The position numbers and the translations under genes were made by a program. From Octopus vulgaris (lineage: Eukaryota), in the NCBI GenBank assembly GCA_951406725.2, contig OX597815.1:51088001-51152000 (forward strand): DNA of 64,000 bases, in the 5' to 3' direction. Under the pieces are notes generated by a model. The model was not told the origin of the DNA, made no database searches, and was given only the letters and a program-made list of their open reading frames with translations. This document shows, piece by piece, positions 23,690 through 35,806 of this stretch (positions within the stretch are counted from its first letter, which is position 1; the number at the start of each line of letters is the position of its first letter).

Positions 23690-24490
23690 TCAGCATGCAA
23701 AACAGATCTTGCTTAAGAGCTACAGAACAATCAGTTACATATTCACTCTAACATAGTTTATAGAATGAACAAAAGAGGACAAGCTGCCTCTGTGTATTAC
23801 TTTCATCAACTATGGAAAGGCCTTCGATTGCATCAAGGTGAATGCAATGCTGAAATTTCTGAAAATACAAGGTGCTGAGGTGTAATTTACCAAATGTTCA
23901 GAAATGTGAACACTAGATGAATCACTGATATTCAGTAATCCCTCACCATATCGCAGTTTATCATTTAAGCTTACGTCGATTCCTCTGTGGTTTTGCATTT
24001 ATGATAAAATAAATATACATACACATTATAAAAATTAAAAATAAAAATATACAGTACAATACTGTTTCTACTTTCTCAGATTTTCACCTATTGTGGGTGG
24101 TTTTGAAACGTAACACCTGCGATAGTCGAGGGATTACTGTACCTCTATTATCACCACCAGTAAGAGTTCTGACAGGGAATGGTGTCAAACAAGGAGATAC
24201 CACCCCTCTGAATCCCTTCATGTCTAGAAATGGTCACTGGAAATATTGACTGGACATGTGGTGAGCTTGTAACACACAACAGATTCACAAATGACATCAT
24301 TGAAACTACAGATTAGCTGCAGACCATACTGACAGAGCTGAACGCCCATAGTTCAGCAGTAGAGCTGAAAATGAAATGCATGAAAACAAAATACATGAGG
24401 TCTGGAAACATAACACAATGTTGATTAGAGAGTGAGAAGCAATCAGATTAAGAAGGTAAAGAAGTACATCTACTTAGGGTACACAGTAAA
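23690..24490 (+). pseudogene. Old non-LTR (RTE-like) reverse-transcriptase fragment, split by a MITE
   Basis: Decayed motifs LPLCITFINYGKAFD, GVKQGDT and KYIYLG in the expected order. Confidence 0.65.
23933..24139. mobile_element. Tigger/pogo-like MITE
   Basis: TIRs CAGTAATCCCTCACCATATCGCAG / CTGCGATAGTCGAGGGATTACTG, followed by TA. Confidence 0.7.
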
Positions 24491-24586
24491 TATACATGCA
24501 TGTATGTGCATACACACACACTCAAATACATGTGCATATATATATATATATATATATATTGTTAAGCAGAATATTACTAGTTTTGT

Positions 24587-25890
24587 GTGAGATGTATTCA
24601 AAACGCATCCAACTTAATTTTTTCCTGCCAAAACTAACACCATGTGGGCAAAATCCTTTTGGTGGGTGGTGATACTACTCCTTCTGCATACATGTTAAAA
24701 TTTTCACCCTGTTAGGTAGCATCAGTTCTCAGCCATTACATCTGAAGTGCAGACATGTAATGTGAACTCATCAGATTTTTGTTTTCATACAAGATAACCA
24801 AACATATCAGGCAGAGATATTACATCAAATTTGGGCAAAAGCTTAGTGATACTCAAGCTAAAGTAATGCAGAAAATTCAGCAAGCCTTTGGTTATGATAT
24901 TTTGGGCAAAACTCAGATCAAGGAGTGGTACAACTGCTTCAAACATGGCTGCACCTCAGCAGAGAGTGAGGCACACTCAGGCAGCCCATCTACAAACCAA
25001 AACAAGAAGCTGATTGAGAAGGTTTGGCAAAAGTCATGGAAGACTATCATGTAACAATCCAGGAAATTACTCACAAAGTGGGAATAAACACCGGATCAGT
25101 GAATTCCATTTTAACGGAGTAGTTGAGCATGCGGAATATGTTGGCGAAATTCATCCCAAGGTGCTGACAGGATAGCAGAAGCAACTCTGCATGGAAATTG
25201 TTCAGGATATACTGGACTGTGCAAGCCAGGATCTAGACTTCATGAAGACCATCATCACTGGTGATAAGACATGGGTTTACGGTTATGACAAGGAAACTAA
25301 GTTTCAGTCCTCCCAATGCAAGCATCCGTCATCACCAAGGTCCGAAAGAGCACGACAGGATCGCAACAATGTGAAGATAATGTTGACCTGTTTCTTTGAC
25401 TCACATGATATTGTGCATCATGAATACACACAACAAAGCCAAACAATCAATAAGGAATACTACCTGGAGGTTATATGTTGCCTTCATAATGCTGTGTGTT
25501 GAAAAGAGCCGGACATGTGGGCAGTAAAGAATTGGCATTCGCTCATTCCACCCACAAAATCCAAGCTCTTTTGTTAAGAACAACACACCACTTGTTTAAC
25601 AGGTTCCCCTACTCCCCTAACTTAGCACTGTGTGCCTTCTGTCGCTTCCTCAAATTAAAAACCATGCTGACAGGGAAGCAATTTGAGTTGCAAGAGGAAA
25701 TTATGAGAAATGCAACAATGAAGATCCATAGCATTCTAGAGTTGTTACCAGTTGTGGTAGAACTGCTGAAAGAAGTGTATGAACTCCTAAGGGAAGTAAT
25801 TTGAAGGTTATTAAATAAAATTTGTGAAATGTACAAAATTCTTTATTTTTATGCTCAAAAGTCAGATGCTTTTTGAATGTACCTCCTGTA
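24587..25890 (+). mobile_element. Decayed full-length mariner element (different subfamily from 14449-15720) with transposase pseudogene
   Basis: Degenerate TIRs GAGATGTATTCAAAACGCATCCAACT / AGTCAGATGCTTTTTGAATGTACCTC. ORF pieces QRYYIKF...QIKEWYNCFK, IITGDKTWVYGYDKETKFQS, TINKEYYLEV and PYSPNLALCAF. Confidence 0.85.
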
Positions 25891-28000
25891 GTAACTGGCC
25901 AGAATGTTACCAGCAGAAATGCCAGCATGTGTGAAGAGTCATTAATATTGCCAAGAGGAATAATTGGTACCAAGCGAATGTAACACTTTGAACAGTTTTA
26001 TACTTTAATTAATAATATACCTTAATTAGTCTCAGATAGTAATATACTCAGTGGCATATAAAAATATGACCACTCTATTTCTCATATTGAGTGTTCTTTT
26101 TTCACTGACTTATGGACAACTATCTGATAATTTAGATAGACAGGCAGGCAGGCAGGCAGGCAGGCAAGCAGACAGACAGATAGATAGATAGATAGAGAGA
26201 GAGGGAGAGAGAGATAGTGGTATATATACATATATACATATGCTTGTATATGTATGTATAAGTACTTATGTTTATATACATGTGTGCATGTGTGTGCATG
26301 CACCTATATGTACATGCATGAATACACCCATACCCTTATATCACTGAGGACCATCATACCCAGAGTCCTTATTTTGTTATTTGTTATTTCAAAAGGATTG
26401 TATTATGTCCAATACATACAAGAAAACATCAGTTTTCAAGCAGATTGCAAAACGTAAGTTGCAACAAGTCCATTCTGTTTGCTTTCCTATACACAAGCTA
26501 GTTACTTTAAACTAGTAATCTGATTGTGGTTATCCAATTTTAAAAAGTGAAACATGTCCTATAAAATCAATCCTAGGCCACAGAGCATAAAAAAAGACAA
26601 AAACTTTACCAATAACATTACTTAAACATAATTTTACCAATAAAATTACTTAAACATAACTCTCAGACTAATATTACATCTGACCAACTAAGTCACTATC
26701 ACAAAAACAAACTAAAAAATACTAGTAGTTTAAGGTTTAATGTAGCTCATATTGCTTTTCTTCTGTTTAAATAATGATTTGAAAAACATAAGTGTAGCAG
26801 AAACAAAAACAAAAAGGAAAAACAGTACCATTCATTTATTTGTTCAGTTATTTATTTATTTATTCTGTATCATGTTTAAGCCACTTTTAATATCACAACA
26901 TATGAAGACAGAAACTTGTTGAAGCTATGTTCAAGAATGCTAACCATCAATGGGTATTTTGCTCATTAAAAAAGCTAGTGGAAATAGCTCAGAGGAAAAT
27001 CTTGAATGAAGAAGGGGTTAAATATGAAGACATTGAACAAACTTTAAACTACTTGATCCAAGAACAGAAGCAAATATAGCAGTTATTAAATCCCTTCTCT
27101 CATCTTTCATGCTCATAAGTAAATCTATAATGACAATACTGAACTATGTCACTCATTGAACTAGCTTAATGTTGTGGATTTTGTGTTATTTTTTATTATC
27201 ATTTTCATTCTGTACTAATGAAAATAGGCACTGAAATAAAAATAAAAATAAATCAAACAGAATCTGTATAAAAACTGACAACTTGCATAACAATTATTTT
27301 GTTTTAGGAGAGATTTCAAGTGAAATTCCTTACAGATCTTTTATTCTTTCTTTCTTGATTTTTTTTCTTTTTCTTTGCCAACAAGACTAATTTAATATTT
27401 CAATTGTTTGCTAATAAAGAAGAGGATAGAAATGAATGCATTCATTGCTTTCTCTCCCCCTCCCCCCACCTCCTTCATTCTTTATAACTTTCTAATGAGG
27501 AACGGAAATCTGAGATTAAGTATAGTTTAGTAACAAGAGAGAGAGGGAAAAAAGACCAAAGGGAAATCCCAATAAGAGATAACCATTGTCTTTAGGGTAT
27601 ACTTTACTGTCTTCTGCTATTTTAATTTCTGTTGAAGTACAGATGTATCTATCTAAACAGTGGCTTCTCTAAACATACAGTCAATGCAATGCAGTGGTCT
27701 GCCTATATCCTAAGGGACAGTAATCATGACTTTTTATTAAAAATAAAATTAGAAAAATATATAAAAATTTCTGCCATTTGAAAGTATTTGTATATTAAGG
27801 CAGCTGGATGTCAAATATAATAAGGTTTGAAATGTTCCTTAAACTGTGTATCTCAAAGCTGTTGAAAGTTTCACAACAACAATAAAAAAAAATGTAATGG
27901 ACACTTAAAAAATAAATAATGAGTAGATGAACGAAAAATGTTGGAAATGGACGAAATTGTAAATAAATTTGGTTTTAGCATAATAATGTATTATAAAATC

Positions 28001-28002
<2 letters not shown>

Positions 28003-28057
<55 letters not shown>

Positions 28058-28088
28058 TGTGTGTCTGTGTGTGTGTGTTTGTGTGTGT
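28003..28088. repeat. (GT)n microsatellite
   Basis: Long dinucleotide run. Confidence 0.95.
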
Positions 28089-29027
28089 AATTTTGAATGT
28101 ATTGTGTGCTAATTCATTCAGGAACTAAAAAAGAGGAAGAAATAGTAGGAGAAATAACTGGAGGAGGGTATTGAGGATTACAACTAATTAATGAGAATGG
28201 CAATGGAATATAGGCTGCTATGAAAAGAAACTGAAAGAACAGACATTGATTCTCAAGTTAGAGATACAAAAAGAAAGTAAGAGACCAAGGAGGAGAGGGA
28301 AGAGAGAGTATTTGTGTGTTTTTTCATGAAAAATTGAAGTTTAAAAACTTATTTATGTGATGTTACATCATATTATTTTCAGAGATTTAACTACTAAATC
28401 TGAATGAATTATATGTTTCAGTTATATAGTCATAAACAGATATACTATAATCAGAAGCATAAAAACAAATGGTAGCAAAATTTTGTTTTAGGGAAAAACT
28501 TGGAAGACCCATCTGTATAAAAATGACAATAGCTAAGTTAGTGTTAGCATGTTTATTGCAAGAAGCATTAGAAAGCTCACCAAAATAATTATTTTATTTT
28601 TAAACAATCCTATACTTGGGGATTTTCTCTTTATTATTTTGGCATGTGCAAGGAAATCTATGCTTTGCTGGTGAGGTAATAATAAGACAGAAACATATCC
28701 ATATGTTTATTTCCATATTTGTGTCTAGCTTTTTAAGTTAAAAGTTTTACTGTTATTTTGATGTGCACAATATTAGTTTAAAAAATAAAGGTCTTTATAT
28801 TAGCTAACAGCAGTTTTTGTTTTCCAACCACACAGTTCCAGGTTAAGTCCTACTGTGTGGTACCTTGAGCAAGTGTCTTATACTATAGCCTTGGGCCAAC
28901 CAAATCCTTGTGAGTAGATTTTGTAGATGGAAACTGAAAGAATGCTGTCGTAGAAAAAACTTAAGAACCCTTTGTTCAATCCAGCTCCCCCTCTCTCTCC
29001 CTCTCTTTCATGCTCATTTATTACTAC

Positions 29028-29082
<55 letters not shown>

Positions 29083-29137
29083 TCGTTTTGGGATTTGGTT
29101 TGCAAGATTCTTTATATGAGTTCGTGTGTTGAAGCAT

Positions 29138-29399
29138 ATTCTGTTGTGTCTGGGGAAAGTCATTTTCTTTTTGTGCCTTATAATGTAACACACTCACCAG
29201 TAAAATTTCCACTTATTTCTTATTTTATTTTCCAAAAATTTTCATTGTGTCTTGCAACCTTTTCAATAGTCTTGACTCTGTCCGTTATTTAATGAAAATT
29301 TTAGGAAAATAAAATAAGAAATAAGTGGAAACTTTACCAGTGAGTGTGTTACATTATAAGGCACAAAAAGAAAATGACTCTCCCCAGACACAACAGAAT
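29138..29399. repeat. Inverted repeat (109-bp arms, 44-bp spacer) embedded in (ATT)n microsatellite
   Basis: 29138-29246 is approximately the reverse complement of 29291-29399. (ATT)n at ~29029-29081 and 29401-29465. Confidence 0.85.
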
Positions 29400-29406
29400 C
29401 ATTATG

Positions 29407-29465
<59 letters not shown>

Positions 29466-29869
29466 CATCATCATTATCATTTATCCATTCATTTATCTAA
29501 TTTTGTCACAGTTTGGCTGACTGAAAACTCTTGGCTATAGCTCTAGTTCAGAATTCAAATGCCCAATTCTATCTCATTATTATCATCAATATCCTGTCAC
29601 ACCTGCAGTCTGAGTTTTTGCTGTTTCACAGTGCAGCCACCCTTCCCAGCCCCATCACCTAATCAGGAAGTCTCTACCCTCTGACCTCTATTGGATGTCT
29701 CTCTCATGAACACCTCCAAAGGCTTAATGTTTCTCCATCCCTACTTAGGGTTTATATCCTATGTAATGTAGTGATTATGTAGCGCATAAAAATTGATGGT
29801 GTAGTGTATGCAGGTTGAAGGCTATTGTATGTTTATGAGTTCTGACAAATGCAAGTTTTCTTTTCAGGT

Positions 29870-30692
29870 ACATGATGCTGCTGTTCTCTATCCCAAGGTA
29901 TCATGGACCCACACCTCCCACACCCTCAGGGCTGGCACTCTCAATGTCAGCACACTGAAAGGTAGGTCTGGTGAAATTGCTGAGATGCTTGAATGGAGAT
30001 GTGTAGATTTGTGCTGCATTCAAAAAGTAAGGTGGAGAGGAAGTTCTGCTAGGTTCCTCACAGGCAAAGAACATAGGTATAAGATTTTCTGATGGGTAAA
30101 CTTCTTGCAGAAAAAATCTGAGATAGAATACATAAGATTAGATTAGTACTGCAACATGGGTTAACAACCATTATCTCGCCTATGCCCCTCAGCCGTGGCT
30201 ACCTGATGAACAGAAAAACCAATTTTATGACACTCTCTTGCAGACCACCTCATTGACGAATGACAGGGACCTTCTCTTTGTAGCTGGCAGCTTCAATGGG
30301 TATGTTGGACAAACATGCAGAGGGCTTCCATGGCATAATTGGAGGCTATGGTTTTGGTTCCCGCAATGAGGGGGGAATCAGGCTGCTGGAGTTCTGTGAT
30401 GCAAGTGATCTTATGGTTTATAATACTAACTTCAGGAAACCTGCCAGCCACCTATTCACCTACCGATCTGGTGGACTTACTAGTCAAATTGACTACATTC
30501 TCACCAGGAAACGGGAAAAATGGCTGCTTATAAATGCCAAAACCTTCCCAGGTGAAGAATCCACCCCACAACATAGATTAGTAGTTAGTGACTTCATGAT
30601 TAGGGTTAAATGGATGTCCAGAAGACGACCAGCATGGAGGAGAAGGGTCTAGAAGCTTAAGGATCCTGCAAATGGACAGATTTAGAGACATA
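29870..30692 (+). pseudogene. RTE-type LINE, 5' part (AP-endonuclease domain), decayed
   Basis: LRAGTLNVSTLKGR...DLCCIQKVRWRG, GYGFGSRN, SQIDYIL and QHRLVV, with stops and frameshifts. Confidence 0.85.
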
Positions 30693-30704
30693 CTAGCAGC
30701 ATAG

Positions 30705-30720
30705 CCCGGCATTGCCCGGG
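30705..30720 (-). other. Helitron 3' subterminal GC-rich hairpin
   Basis: CCCGGC-ATT-GCCCGGG, 8 nt from the terminal CTAG. Confidence 0.85.
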
Positions 30721-30814
30721 TATGTAAGAGCCCCTAGTAGGCAACGACTAATCCCAATGTAGTCCTTTGCCTCCAGGGAACGAAGGTGCATGTGGACGTT
30801 GCAATGTCTTGTCT

Positions 30815-33800
30815 TCACTGGAATACTTCTGTATATACGATGTTCCTAGCTGTCCGTTGGGGCGAAAACATGAAAACATCATTGCGCCTCCCAACGCGTG
30901 AACAGCCCACGTAGAGTTGACCTTGGGCGAAGCACTGTTCGCCCAAATGTAACCCAGCGACTTGTAGCGTTTGGCCTTGGGATTTATTGATGGACATTGC
31001 GAAGCAGAGTTTAACAGGAAACTGAGAACGCCTGAAGTGGATTGGTAGGTCAGCGTCCGACGGTTGAAGGTGCATCCGTGGAATGAAGACGTCCTCTCCC
31101 TTCCCACAACCGGTAAGTATTGTGGCCGTTATTAAATGTGGTGCCAAATGTTTCACAACCAAACGTGTGCCGTTGCACTGTTTAGGTGGAACCAAATTCC
31201 TGATGAGCATAATGGGCGCACCGACTTTTAACTTCAGGATGTGTGGTGGCAGGCCTGGCGGTTCAAGTGAATTCAGGAATTCAACAGGATAATCGGCAAG
31301 CTGGGCGGGGTCTGCTGTCCTATCTATAGATTTGTAGACGTGGACATCACCAGGAATAGCTTCAAGTAGCTGGATATTGATGGAGTTGACGGTTGTATTT
31401 TTGGGTGCGAGAATAGCTCTGCCTGCCAGCCATTTTAGGTCGCGTAAATTGTTTTGTAGGTCGTGGAAGACAGCGTCCCGGAGGCTAGCAGGGGTGTCGA
31501 CAATGGTGCAAAGTGAGTCCAATTGAACGTAGCCATCCGCATCAGACAGCATCCTATTTTCACCGAGCGATAAGAGGTCCCTGGAGAATGCAGCGGATCC
31601 GCTGTCACCAATTAACTGCGCGCGCATGTTAGTTTGGAGGTGCAAGGGCCGCACATGTGCCCAAAGAGCTGACGACTTAAGGCACGCGCGCACGGCATCG
31701 GCACGGGTTCCTTTTGGAATAACAGGTAGAGTCTGCCTGAAGTCTCCTGAAAGAAGTAAAGTTAATCCTCCCATGGGGGCCGTAGAGTCTCTGATGTCTT
31801 GCAGGGACCTGTCCAGTGCCTCAAGGGCGCCTTTGTGTGCCATAGTGCAATCGTCCCATACGATGAGTTTGCATCTGCGCAGAATGTCGGCCTGTTCTGA
31901 GTTCTTGGCGATGTTGCAGATAGGTGACTCGGACTTTGCCAGATCGAGCGGGAGTCTGAAGGCAGAGTGGGCGGTTCTGCCACCCGGAAGCAACGTGGCC
32001 GCGATACCAGAGGAAGCTACAGCCAGGGCAATGTCCGTGTTGCGTCTGACCTCTGCCAGAATTAGTTTAGTGACGAAGGTTTTGCCAGTGCCGCCGGGTG
32101 CATCAAGGAAGAAAATCCCCCCACGTTGCTGTCTGACAGAGTCTACGATGGTGTTGTAGGCTATGCGCTGGTCTGGAAGCAGCCGTGGTTCATTATCTTG
32201 GACGTACTGGTGCAGTTCCTCAATGCAGTAGGAAGTTTCGCGTAACAATTCAGCAGACATAACATTGGCGTGTTCACGTGTGGGTGGTGGAAGGCCGTAC
32301 TCTGTTAAAGCAGACCCACCCATATCGATGACAGCGTCTTCGAGTTGAATGAGCGCAAAATTGTAAATGAAGTTGGTGAACGTGATCTCGGCGGAAGGGC
32401 AGTGTTGCTGAGCCGTACGTAAGAAGTCGTGCGACATGTCATCCCTGTATTTCATCCAGAGACTTAGTGGATCACTAAGCTGACATTTTTGAAGAAGGAT
32501 TGCGAAAAGATGTCGTAGGGCCGAATGCGTTTGCAGTAAAGCACCCTCTGCCATTGTGGCGTCCCACTGGGAGTCATCCTCTAGAAGGCCAAGTCTCATA
32601 CATGCTTCCCTGAAGGTGTCGCACAGAACCCCATTGACGGTACGTATATTGGCGAAACCTGTTGGACCAGTGACCTCATGTAGAAGGAGACGGAGGTAGA
32701 AGCATTCTTGCTGGTTTGGCGGGATGTTGTAAACTCGACCCAGGCAGGAGTCAAACTTGACGCCTGGGAAGCTTTCGACGTTTTTGCCGGATTTCCGTCG
32801 AACCCAGGTGTTTTTAGACCACACGAAGTACGATGGGACCTGTGGGTACAAAAGCGTTCGAGCGAAGTCATCACGTTGGCATAATTTGAAGAAACCAGTC
32901 AACGTTGTGTCTTTAGGGCTGGTGGCTATCTGCACAGCACTTTGCTCTGTGAAGTAAATCCGCTGTCCATTTTCCAAGTGTACAGCAAGCTGCACCACAG
33001 CCGGGTGTCTCTGATGGAGCGGGAAGCCGTAAATGCGCCAAAACGCTTCGTTGCTGCTGAGGTACCGGCCAGCCAAGTAGTTGGACACTTCGTCGCGACT
33101 GGTGGTCCTCTGGATGCTGAACATGGCAGCATCGCTGCCTTTGTTGATATATTTGCAGACATATTGTATTGACCTGATGGAGCTGCAGAACTCAACGTTG
33201 ACGTGGGCTTTGAATATCTTCGACAGGAGAGGACAGTAGGGGACAATGTAGCTGTTGTCCACTTGATGTCGCCCAACCGTAATCGTGCGGCCTCCATTGG
33301 CTGGACTCCTTCGTTTGTACAGCGGATACCCATCGCCGCCTGTTTGAGTCTCCAAAGTGAACCGTTTAGGGAATCCCTTTGAGCAGGCTAATCCGTTTTT
33401 GTAGCATGGTGTGTTGGCGTAATTTGGTCCACAGGGCCCGTGTACCATGGTAGTGCGGACAATTTCGTAGAGTCCGGGGTCCTCATCGGGGTCAGGAATC
33501 TCGGCGGAAATGAATTTGTCAATGTCATTAGTCTCGATTTTATGAGTGAGCCAAATTAAGATGTGAGCATGTGGCAAGCCCCTCTTTTGCCACTCGACCG
33601 AAAACATGTGGCACCTGACATGCCTGAAAATCTGACCCTTAACTATCAAATCCTTCATTTTGCCCAAATTCAGACGGAAAACCCTAGCAACGATGTCGTG
33701 TCGATGGGTGTGAGATTGACCCGGGAGGAGTTCGCGAGTGATTTCGTCGCAGCTGGGATTGCACGTGTAGGTGATAAAGAGGTCCGGCCGGCCGTAAATG

Positions 33801-35685
33801 CGCACGTAGGTCAAGGCGTCTTGGGTCCTTTCACGCATATATCGCGGTCCTCCCGTGAAGGTGGAGGGTAGAATGCATGGCTTGCCGATGTTGCGAGGGT
33901 CATTTTCTTGTTGCAAACCGTCACAGAGATGAATGTAGGAGTCGGAGCGAAGTTTGGTCTGATTAAGTTTAATGTATAGCAGCCTTTCCGATTCCATTTT
34001 TGCGGCCATGTCGACGGCGAACTGGTTGAATAGCTGACGACAACGGGCAATAAGTTGAACTCACCCTCCCTGACCATGAACCGGTATAAGTAGAACGCCC
34101 TGCAGGAAACCGTCTTTGATGCCGCAGTAGTTTGATTGGAGGGCTGCCGTAAAGGAATTCCGAAGTGGTAGCCGTCTTCCCCATAAGGGAAAAGCAATGG
34201 ATACTGAAGCGCGTCATAAGATCTGTGAGTCTCGCTGATCCTGTGTAGGTTGTTACCACGGGAGGAGATGATTATGTCACGGCTGTTGTGTTGCTCTCCG
34301 TGTATAACTGCGGCAATTTCGTTGCACGCAGGTGCGTTGAAACGGCGTTCGTGCTCCCCGTGGGGTCGTTTATCAGCATCAATGACAACGGTGAAGTTTG
34401 GAGATGGAGCACTGTCCAAGGCATATCTGAAGCTGCAGACGTAGCTGTTGATATCATGAAGCATGGTTTGGAGACGGAGAAGAATGTCTTTGCGAGGAAC
34501 ATAGCTTGTACCCGGTATTATTCCAAGGCGTGCATCAACCTGGTGGTTGTAGTCGGCAATGAAGTATATTTGGAGGAAAGAAGACTGCTGAATCTCGTCT
34601 GGCAGAAGTGACCCAATAAGATGGTAGACCTGTCCCTGCACTTTGAAAGTAGGCATCCAGCCTTCTCTGGGAGGAATTTTGGCCCCGAAAGAGGTCATTT
34701 GGAATGAGCAGTTGTACTTTCGAATTATTTCAAGGAATTGTGACGAATCGGGGGTTAAACCCGCCGCGAGATCCTTCAGTGGTTGAGGTGGTTCCCGTAG
34801 GGGTGGCAGGTCCACTTTGCCACCAGAGCAGCACAAACCAGGTGGCTCTCCGGGCCATTTCTTGGCTTTGCAAAACTGGCATACAATTGTCATTGACCCT
34901 ATCTTGATGTTGTCACGCAAGGAGAAGTTAATTGTGGCGTCGTAGTTGAATGCTAGTGACAACCAGAAAGCGGGGGCAGGGGTACGTACACCACGAATGA
35001 TATCCCGACGTTTGTTGATACTCTCAAGTCGAGTGCACCGTGCCTCAGCAGATTCAGATGCACGTGCGACAGCGGTAGCAGTGGCATCCCTTGAAAGCCT
35101 TTCAGCTCTCGCCTCAGCACCCTCTGAAGCCCTAGCAGAAGCAGTGTTAATGGCATGTCTGGATGTCCGAATAGTCCGTTGGTGTGGAGTTTCGGCAGAT
35201 CGAGCCCTAGCTGTGTTTGCGGCGTTAGCAGCTTGGCGAGCTCTCCTCTGTTGAGGTGTTTCGGCAGCTTTGGCCATGGCTTTGTTTGCGGCGTCAGCAT
35301 CTTGGCGAGTTCTCCTCTGCTGTGAGGTTTCGACAGATCGTGTCCTGGCAGTGCTAGTGGCGTTAGCCGCATTCCGAATGGCCCTTTGTTCGGGGTTCTC
35401 GCAAGCTCTGCGGATGGAAGCACAGTAAGAAGCCCGCATTTTTTGGCTGGACTGTTGCTCTTTCGTCAACCTCGAGCGGAGGGAAGATCTGTACGCTGCG
35501 ACCCTTGCAAGTCGGGTAGAACGGTCGCTAGTAGTTTCAGATGCCTGAGCAGCGGCATAACGGCAAGCTGTTTGCGATAGGCGCAAGGCGGTTTCCTCGT
35601 GGGTCTCGCGTGCCCTTCTAGCCCTAGCAGCCGATGCCTTGGCCGTCCGAGGGCTGAGGAGGGTCCTTCTCTTCTTGGGTGGCAT
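30815..35685 (-). pseudogene. Helitron RepHel (N-terminal 23-aa repeats, Zn-finger, HUH-Y2 Rep, Pif1-like SF1B helicase), ~1,623 aa if one 1-bp frameshift near 34046 is corrected
   Basis: MPPKKRR start at 35685. CQFC..CCSGGKV Zn motif, PDLFITYTCNP, VEWQKRGLPHAHIL (HUH), YVCKYINKG (Y2), DAPGGTGKT, IVWDDCTM, GDFRQTLPV, FAMSINKSQGQT and QLYVGCSRV. Stop at 30815. Confidence 0.93.
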
Positions 35686-35806
35686 TTTGGTGGATAGCAA
35701 TGTGTTTGGCAAAGGTGTAATAAAAAGGAACACGTGGGGTAAGTATTTTGGTGGATAGCAATGTGTTTGGTAAAGGTGTAATAAAAAGGAGCTCGTGGGG
35801 TAAGTA
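35685..35806. repeat. Two 61-bp tandem copies immediately upstream of the RepHel start codon
   Basis: TTTTGGTGGATAGCAATGTGTTTGGYAAAGGTGTAATAAAAAGGA..CGTGGGGTAAGTA x2. Confidence 0.85.
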
